Shown here piece by piece: positions 55,075 through 64,000 of a stretch of 64,000 bases of DNA. The notes below the pieces were generated by a model that saw only the letters and a list, made by a program, of their open reading frames with translations, did not search any database and was not told the DNA's origin. Every line of letters begins with the position of its first letter. Positions within the stretch are counted from its first letter, which is position 1. This DNA is from Trichoplax adhaerens. Lineage: Eukaryota > Animalia > Placozoa. Position numbers and translations under genes: made by a program. The stretch is taken from contig NW_002060944.1 of the NCBI RefSeq assembly GCF_000150275.1, positions 6,237,102 through 6,301,101 on the forward strand, read 5' to 3'.

Positions 55075-56880
55075 CTGCTGTACAGTGTACAGTCTCATGT
55101 TTCATTCTACCGTACAATATTACCGTGTACAGGACTGTACAGTATGGATCAAATGGATAAGAGATGACGATTTTGCTAGTCATTTTAACTGTAGTGTACG
55201 TCTGTCACCATACATTGTACTGTTCACGAGTGCATATAGGCATAAGCTGCTTGGATACACTGCGATGTATGGTTGCAGTCTGCCGGTATAGTAAACTAAG
55301 CAATAAAAAAAGTTAGCCTACAGTCTCTCTCTTTTATTGACTGTAATTTTTATAAGTTCCTATGATGTACTATAATAATGTACAATACTTGGACATAGGA
55401 CTACTAGTAGTCGTTGGTGCATCTTACTATATCCAATCAACTTGAATGATGTACTTGGACGTCGGTTCTTCTTTTCCAGGATCTCTGTAGACATTGTCAT
55501 GAACTGCTAGCCTCGGACAGACAGACTTTTCTGATTCAATGAAGCTGTCATGATCGAAATTGGCTTCCTCTTAGTATAGATCTTCGGTGTCTGCTTTGTA
55601 AATCGCTGGTACAAATTTCAATAGCGTCTATGATGTTATAGAAGTGTTTTCAAGCGTAACTTTGTAGCAAACAATAAGATTGAATGTAATATTACTCAAT
55701 TTAGAAGAAATCAATCCATTGAAAATCGACCATCTACAGTACTGCTATAAAGACTGCAATCGCACATCTTCCTACAGTACTGTACTGTACTGTACAGTAC
55801 AGTGTACACTGCTACAGTACTGAGTACAGCTGGCGTCAATCATTTCTACTGTACTGTACTGTACAGTACTCTGTACTCCAACCACAGAGGTACTGTACAG
55901 TATACTGTAGTACTGTACTGTACAGTGTACACTACTACAGTACTGAGTACAGCTGGCGTCAATCAGTTCTACTGTACTGTACAGTACTCTGTACTGTACT
56001 CCAACGGGTAAGAAACCAGTATGACTCGAATTCATTGACAGTACAGTACAGTACAGGTCTGTTGAAAACTGATGTCATGGTTCCCAGTAGAGACCCTTTA
56101 ATAGAGATCTCTGCAGGTTCTCTAGTTCCCAAGCTTCGGATATAGCAGATACTGTACAGCTAAATCTTGGCACTGTAGTCGGACGGACTCCCAAATGACA
56201 CTGTGATGAGTTACTGTACTGTATACCGTAATAACGTTGGCAACTGATACAGTACAGTACAGTACTGTACAGTATGTCAGTTATCAGCCTTATACAGTAC
56301 TATAACTTTTAGTTGCATCCTTTGTCTGTCCGTCCGGTCACAGTGCAAAGATTGATCTGTACAGTACACTAGTGTACACTGTACTGTAGAGTACTGTACT
56401 GTACAGTACAGTACAGCAGTCTAAAAGCTGTTAAAATCTGAAAATACTGTACAGTACAGTACAGTACAGTACTGTATGCTCAACTTAAACTGAGTACTGT
56501 ACTGTACCGTCCGTGTACTGTACTGCACTTGCGCCTATTGTGAACATGCTTGAATGATAACAATAGGCGCATTGATCAGTCTGATACAAAGTACAGTAAT
56601 CGTTCGCGCGTTCGCTACAGTACAGTACAGTACTGTACTGTACACACATGAAATGAGGACGTGGCAGTCTGTAGGTCAGAACGTCAATCCACCTTCTCAA
56701 ACAGTATTCGATGTACTATGCTTGTCTAGAGTAGCATCAAGTCCTCAACGGATTAGCTAGCCAAGCTGCAAATTGACATTTCAAACCTATTGAATCCAGT
56801 ACTGACAGCAATACCCTATACTGTACACTTCCAAGGAGAGGAATGTACTGTACACAATCCAACACTCAGTAGTCCAGTGA
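55075..56880. repeat. Mixed-orientation (CAGTA)/(CTGTA) pentamer array zone between the divergent CRD-like gene and PDXDC1
   Basis: Dense runs at 55773-56055, 56210-56300 and 56355-56645. Confidence 0.9.
55797..56005. repeat. Recent higher-order duplication (period about 123 bp) inside the pentamer array
   Basis: CTACAGTACTGAGTACAGCTGGCGTCAATCA present twice (GCTGGCG at 55829 and 55952). Confidence 0.85.
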
Positions 56881-57128
56881 ATTGAAAGCAGTTTTTTCCC
56901 CCCCCCCCTAAAATGAAAATTTCACTGGAAAAAAAAAGAGCTTAAACTCCTTCAATGACTTTCCTTATTCTGCTATTGAAGCTGTAAAATCGACTAGTAG
57001 ATCATTGAAAGCTCAATTTTATCGCCATTACTAGATATACACAGTGTAGAGAAACGAGGATATATCGTATCAAGTCCACAATAGCCTACAGTGACTGTCT
57101 ACAAGAGCATCAATCAATCAATGTAGTG

Positions 57129-60100
57129 ATGGCAAATGCAAAACCAGCTACCCTTGTGTCTATGGTGGAAAATAAAATTCCTCGTACTGATGACAACGAA
57201 AATAAAAATGTCCAGTTGGTAAGTTAAAACTACAATTGGATAGATAGGTAGGCACTGCTGTACATCAAAACTGACCGTTATTGACTACAAGTATAGCTAT
57301 CGTGATAGGAATAACAAGAATAACTTGAACTATTCTTCATTTCTATATTGTTGAAATGACCCCCCCCTTTTCCCCCAAAATTGCAAAAATACATCTCCAA
57401 TATGGAAATCAATAGGAAGAATACCTTACGGTATGCCATGACAAATTTCCTACTTGTGTGGAACTTCGTTTCTTCAAACTTGGATCAGCCAATGCTTGGC
57501 TATTTTGTGTAGTTTTCATAGCCGCAACCAACTCAACTTTACCTTCGCAACGCATCAAGCGAATAGTGAGCAGTGCAATTGATGTTCAAACTGAATTACA
57601 TCTACATTACTGACAGGATGTAGACTATTTTTCCAAGGTATCAATGCATACCAATGATTGTAATGTAGTTGCAAAGAATGATATACCTGAAATAATAACC
57701 CAACTTTTACCATACTATTGAGAATGAATGCATTCTACTAGTGCACGATAGTTGAATTCTACTGTACACGGAGACAATCTGACAAGAAATGACCCAAAAT
57801 GGTTTCATTAATTAATTAATTAATGACTCGTATTCCGCCAACTTTCTCACCTTAATAATGTGCAAATGAATCAGTTGCGTTTGCATGAAAATCCATTGCT
57901 CATTCGTGAACAAATGAAGAAAGACCAAGTTGCAATGGAAAGAAATGCACTACTTGAAAGACACGTAGAAAATACTTCTTAACCCTAAATAAGACATGTC
58001 TTGCCCCTCCTGTTGAGAAGAACGTAGTTGGCAAGAGTTAAATAGATGTATTCTCTGTTGATTGATTCAACAATAGCACTGTATATTGTAGAATTGCGCA
58101 ATTTCCAATCAAAGTGTTATGGCCTACTCATTGCGACTTCAAGAATGAATACCCCTCAAATAACAACCTACATATTTCTGAGATATTGAACACACTATTT
58201 GTCTGTCCATTGATTAAATCCAACTATTTTTTAGTCTTACCAGCAGTTTGATCGATCATAATTATAATGAATAGAAGCTACATTACATCTCGATACATTG
58301 TAATACGCGTACGTCTATCAATAGATATCTTCTCATAGGTCTACCAAATCCCAGTCCTGTGTAGAATGATATCTTTCTGTCGAACTACCTTTACAGTCAG
58401 TAACACCATCGTTTAAATTTTTACATTTGCAACTACATACTAATATAGCACAAGATCATTACAGTAGCCGTTAGCCTACACTTTAAAGAATTATATAATC
58501 AACAATGGAACTGCAGTTCGCACTATCCTTTCGAAATAAATTCCTACCTCAAATTTGGCTAACTTCAAATACACTGTAAATCCATTCAAATTAGATTCTG
58601 ATGTTCTGTTAGCTGTTAGTCTACCAATTCTGTGACATCGGCAATTTTTCATCCAATTAACTCATGAATCAATAATCATGCATGACTCTTTTAGCACACC
58701 GAAAACACGGTATAAACTATTGTTACGCATATTATATTACTTGATTAACCCAGCCTGTAGAGATCATCTCTACCATCATAGAATGCTCACATTAATGTTT
58801 GCTCTACAGTACCAATAATCATATTAATTTACTTAAAGTCATTAATTATAGTATACGTTAATATAGATTCAATTAACTAACAAAAATTTTATTTCTTATA
58901 GGATTTAAATCATGTTTTTCAAAAATACCTCCACATTCTCTGCAGTCATCAAGAGAGCAGGTAAATAAAATGGATCTTAATTAACCCACATGATACAGTA
59001 TTAAATTAATAGAATCTACCCAACGCAAAATGTCATTGTCAAAAAAAATCAATAAAATCCTGTTGTTTAACCTATGGCGAAGGACGATAATCCTTATGTA
59101 ATCTGTAGTGTATAAGATGCTAGCTAGATTACATTATTAATTGGGAAATAACGCCTTTAGATCATAACTTTAAAATTTCTTCCGATAGAAAAACTTTAAC
59201 TTTGTATTGACTCAGAGAAGTCCACTTTGCTTACAGCCAGTGCTGTAATGTATTCAATCTGCAATTTTAATATGTATTAGCGTTAAACATTTGCCTAGCC
59301 TACCTATAACACAGTACAGATCTACATTTATTTTCTAGTCGCAATTAAAAAGATTTTCATCACCATTGATTTATGAGCCACATTACTAAATTAATAAGTT
59401 AAGTTAAGTTAGAGTCAGGTATTACTACTGCAATAGTTTATCTTATTTGATCAGCTTACAGTAGTGTTCTTTAGAGTAATGATCTTCACTATGGCGAATT
59501 AGTGCTAACACTTCGTATCAGCATGCAATTACCTTAGTTCATCGAAGCTAATCATGCCAAGGTGTCAACCTATATTGTTATTTTGATAGTTCCGCTGCTG
59601 TAAATGAAATGGAAGTTACGTCCAACGATTTGTCAACACCTTTATCACGAAAGTAAGTCCATTGAATTGATGTTATTTATTGCGAAAAGTAGCACCAGCT
59701 AATAGTTTTCAAATATAGAAATTAATGCAGCCGTAGCTAAATATTAATAATGCTTTCAAGTTGATTCCAAGAATATTATAATTAACGGTCTCTATATTCA
59801 AAATCGAAGGGGCTTCGCTGTTTCGGATATTTTACAACGTATGGTATCGATTGTCAGCCACCCAGATAGGTACTAATATTACTATTTATTCATAAATTTC
59901 ATGTACTGTACATTGTCAGAACTTTATCTTCAATTTTTGTTAAAGAACGTATTGCTTATAGCTGTACTAGAATTTCCTTACCTTCAATTGTACAAATTAA
60001 AAGATTATAAAATAGATAGCATTAGTTAACGTTGTTTTTAACCACTACCATGATCAAGTCTAACAAATTAGTCTATGAATGTTTTACACTCTTTACAGCC

Positions 60101-63100
60101 CCTTACCTCACGGACTAGAATTTAATGATATCGGACATCTAGCCGTCTTATCGAGAGGCCTGGCTTGCTATCTAGCCTCGGTATTAGACAAAAATCAATT
60201 AACTAAATTAGCCAACCGAACTACAATAGATACAAACATGTGGCTTTCAAAGATTTTTAGGTATAAATTCCTAATTTTAAAGGCCAAACTTTATTTTTTC
60301 ATGATAGTAAAATTGAAAGGCTACATTTTACTTGAAATTCATGCATATAGGTATGAGAAAGGGGCATTATATTTCCATGAAGAAGCTGGTGATGGTCTTA
60401 TTAAAGGTTATTTTTGTTAAGTTTTTCCAATATAGTAACTTTTTACATAGTTTTCTGATGCAAATGTGATACATTTGGTTTTATTCCTATGGCAAAATTA
60501 AATAATACTTATATGCATTACCATCATAAGCTGAATTAGGCCGTATTAACACATTTTTTTATTAGTCGGTCGACTGACGTTACTAACAAAATGCCCCAAA
60601 TTTCAAAGCGAAGGATTTCATGCGTTATATGCAAGGTAAGTTAATTATTTTTAATTATTTAACAATTCAAGACAATAGCTCCTATACTTTACTACGGCGC
60701 TAGAGGAAACTTTTTACTAGTGAAAAAAAGCATAAAAATGTTGCATTACTGTACATGCGTATATAGATACTATTTCTTACGTTAAATAAAAGTACACTAA
60801 CCCTATCTCAACACTCCATCATAAGAAACGAGATAGTACCTTGTATAGTTTTTGTACTGACTTTAACGTATTTCTTCGTACTATTGTATCTAATTACAGC
60901 ATATTCAATATTAAATTCTGTTACACATCGTTCACAGACATTGAAATAATCGTTTAAAATTTGCTCAGGGATTTACGAATATGAAATATATAACTTAATA
61001 ATGATAATCATTTTTTAAATATTATGTAGACCTCCAGTAATTTACATCAGCTCAGCGGCACCTGCTAGCCTAGGCAAATATCTATGTAGTCAGGTTGTAT
61101 CCGTATACAATTTAAATACCTGTAATCCTTAAGTTAGCACACTTCATACTAACTTTATAAAATTACATAATCCGTAGCTTGGTTTGCCCTATTCCTGTCT
61201 TAGTATCGTTCCCTGTGTTGCATCGTCTAGTACTTTTGACGAAACAATGGTATTTCAATTAATACTTGCATACACGCAATTTATGTGAATCTTAAAAAAT
61301 TATTTTACATACTTGAACTTAAACTACATTAACATAGGATCTAGCTTCATTAGAGAGATCGCTTAATGAAGATGTTGCCTGCGGTAAAACTCCGCTACTA
61401 TTAATCGCTTATNNNNNNNNNNNNNNNNNNNNNNNNNNNNNNNNNNNNNNNNNNNNNNNNNNCATGAACCTATTTGCAGTAGGAACTATTGGAATAATCG
61501 TTTCTTTCCTACAGGTACCCCAATGTGCGGTCAAAATGATAATACTTCATACCTTCGAGAACTATGTGACAAATACAACTTGTGGCTTCATTTGGAAGGG
61601 TTAGTTACGATTATTAAATCATATTTCGGTAGATTGACGATCCAAAGATAAGCCTTAATGATATACTTCAATAGCCATTTAACACCGACTATATTCTCTT
61701 TAGTAACGGACTTGCACTGTTAGCTCTTGAAAAACCGCCGGCATCCTATGAGGTAAAGACTTGTAATCCGGAAGTGAAGGCGCATAATTATCGCAAAGTG
61801 CCCATTACGTAAAAATATTATATTTGATTTTAATATTTAATCTTATAGGCATGTAGAAAAGCTACTAGTATCACCCTACGTCTAAGCGACTGGTTTAACT
61901 GGCCTGGAGTGAGCTACTGTGTATCCTTTTACTGCGTTACATGCATTGCTCTTTTAATTAGTTAGCGCTATAAAAGTTTTGTCGCTGATAATTAACTACA
62001 CAGTCAAAAAAATTATTCTTTAACTCTTACCCTAAATAATTAATCAGACATTATATAGAAGTTCGGACTCAGATGCTGTAAGTAAAACTAGATTTCGGGC
62101 AAACTTTATTAATTAATTTACATCCGTATGAATTTAAGTGAAATTATGTCGTCTTAAAATTAAAAAAACTATCATTTCTCTACACCTTGTTATTTCAATT
62201 CTTGGTTATCCTTGTTCTAAAACATTTTATTATACACAGTGTAATATAGCAGGAATGACCAACTCTGAAACTCTAATGAAATTACATGGCCTTTCTCTTT
62301 GGATTTCAATGCAGTATTTAGGTAATTTAACAAATTAGAGTCTTTATGAATCTACCTTTCAAATTTCGTCATTAAGTTACTATATTACTTCTTGTAGGAC
62401 AAGATGCAATGGCAAAAATGGTAAATTTCGGAACAGAATTGGTACGTCATTTGATTATGTGTATACATTTTGATATTCAGTTTTCAAGATAATCAAACTA
62501 TTAAATTGCTAATGCGTTATCTGTAGGCTCAACAATTAATTCACCGCCTAGATCTTATGAAAGATGTAACAAGATTGGTAATTATTATACAGTACCATTA
62601 CAAGTAATTTTTTTCAGTGTCTGACTATCACATTACACTTTCTGTTAATATTGAATATAAAAGCAACAAGAAAATTCCGTCAACCCAGTTGTGGTATTTA
62701 GATATAAACCTAACAGTAAAAGTAATGAATCCAATCATAACCTATCTACACCTCCAGATGATTTATCAAGTACAGTTAAAAAGGATTGTAAGTTATATCA
62801 CCAAGATATAAACCGTAATTCTAAAAATAATTTTTGCAAGCCTAAATATAATACACTTAACTTTTCAGCTGTTGAGGAAACCAACTCTGGCATTGTTACT
62901 ACAGTGTCAAACTTAGTTTTGGACTCATATAATAAACTGGTAATTATAATATAGATAAGTGCTGCTGTAAATTAAATTATATCCATAATCATCAGTCAAA
63001 GAGCGACTGATTCTAGTCTTTTTAAGCTAAATTTTTATTATCGTTGTAGCTTTTATACCACTTGAGTCAAAGCGTGAGGAGCATGCATATTGAACTGATC

Positions 63101-64000
63101 GAGCTTTCAAAGGACGGGTATTGGTTAAAGTTTGATCCCATAAAGACTGCAATCAGTATGTATATATATATATATTATTCACATACTGACCACTATAAAG
63201 TTCTGGCTGCAGTTTCATTTAAAAACTAACCTACTTTATTTTTAGAATACAAAACAACTCAAGATGATGTGGATGAATTTATTTCATGCTTACGGGATGA
63301 AATTGTAAGCCCCTTATTGCTATTTTAAAACTTATTATATTTCGTATTCGCCTAAAATGGTATATAATTATCCAATAGTGATATCTATTCCATATACAGT
63401 TAACCCTTTACAAACTGATTCTACTTTGCATCGCATAGACGGTCATGAATGTTACAATTAATAGCAAATCTGAATTCGAAACAGCCATAAAATCAAATAA
63501 GAGACTTAAATTAGCTGAGGTTCATCAAGTTACCGGTCTAGGCGCAGTTCAGTAAGAAACAAATGAATTTCTGTTTTAAATAACAAAATCTTCGATTATT
63601 TGAAAATGTTTAACTTTTACTTCTTTCCATTACATAAAAGATTTGTGCCAGAATATTTGGTTCATGATGATATAGATACCGTAAAACTCACCGACCGGAA
63701 AAGAAGTGCTTTAAAGAAGGTAAATAGGCTATTGGCTGAAACTTTAGAAGAGCAAGATAAAGCCTTATTTGCCTTAGTAACGACAACGGATGACTATCCA
63801 TGTGTAGCTGTTGGAATGGTTCGTACTCACACATTTTAATCTGTTAGCCTTTATCATTCATGAAGATAACCTTATTTTAAGTTTTTGACTTTACTTAAAC
63901 AATAAATATGCAAGAACTAATGATATACGCTTACTATTTGATTGTAATCGTGCAATAGATTTCACAACCTGAAAAGATACCTAATATTATTGATACTATT
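57129..64000 (+). CDS. PDXDC1: Pyridoxal-dependent decarboxylase domain-containing protein 1, multi-exon, 3'-truncated by window end
   Basis: Exons encode GHLAVLSRGLACYL, DTNMWLSKIFRYEKGALYFHEE, PPVIYISSAAPASLGKYLCSQLGLPYSCL, GKTPLLLIAY, LRELCDKYNLWLHLEG, LSLWISMQYLG, VVVFRYKP, GLGAVQFVP. ATG 57129 exon ends at 57218. Reading frame still open at 64000. The N-terminal exons are less certain. Confidence 0.9.
61413..61462. other. Assembly gap (removes the 3' end of a PDXDC1 exon)
   Basis: Run of N directly after codons for LLLIAY. Confidence 1.
61921..62047 (+). other. U12-type GT-AG intron candidate in PDXDC1
   Basis: 5' GTATCCTTT (full consensus); branch-like TTCTTTAAC near 62016-62024; splicing gives GVSYC|TLYRSSD. 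Confidence 0.75.

Noticed and set aside
56306-56342. TTTTAGTTGC..GTCTGTCCGTCC, reminiscent of a Helentron/DINE-1-type 5' end
   Set aside because: Too short; no matching subterminal repeat or 3' hairpin found.

Overview
AT-rich, intron-dense eukaryotic (animal) genomic DNA with three assembly gaps. The compact introns and gene set suggest an early-branching metazoan such as a placozoan (inference only). Six spliced protein-coding genes can be reconstructed by hand: BTAF1/Mot1 (8431-19523,+), a PDE10-type tandem-GAF phosphodiesterase (24814-37191,+), an SLC8/NCX Na+/Ca2+ exchanger (40947-47380,+), MRPS7 (49658-51842,+), an unnamed secreted, probably GPI-anchored protein with two tandem Frizzled-CRD-like domains (54398-52688,-) and PDXDC1 (57129 to beyond the window,+). 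The most unusual non-genic signal is a set of mixed-orientation pentamer arrays (TA-CAG-TA, TA-CTG-TA, TA-CGG-TA, TA-CCG-TA) piled up at gene 5' ends. The units match Tc1/mariner-type excision footprints; a TA-flanked TIR mini-element sits inside one array, and one arm of a nearby palindrome carries a clean two-unit insertion at a TA. Also seen: two U12-type intron candidates, a GC-AG intron, two frame-preserving microexon candidates and an RFX X-box upstream of the CRD-like gene. All gene models were spliced by eye without transcript data.
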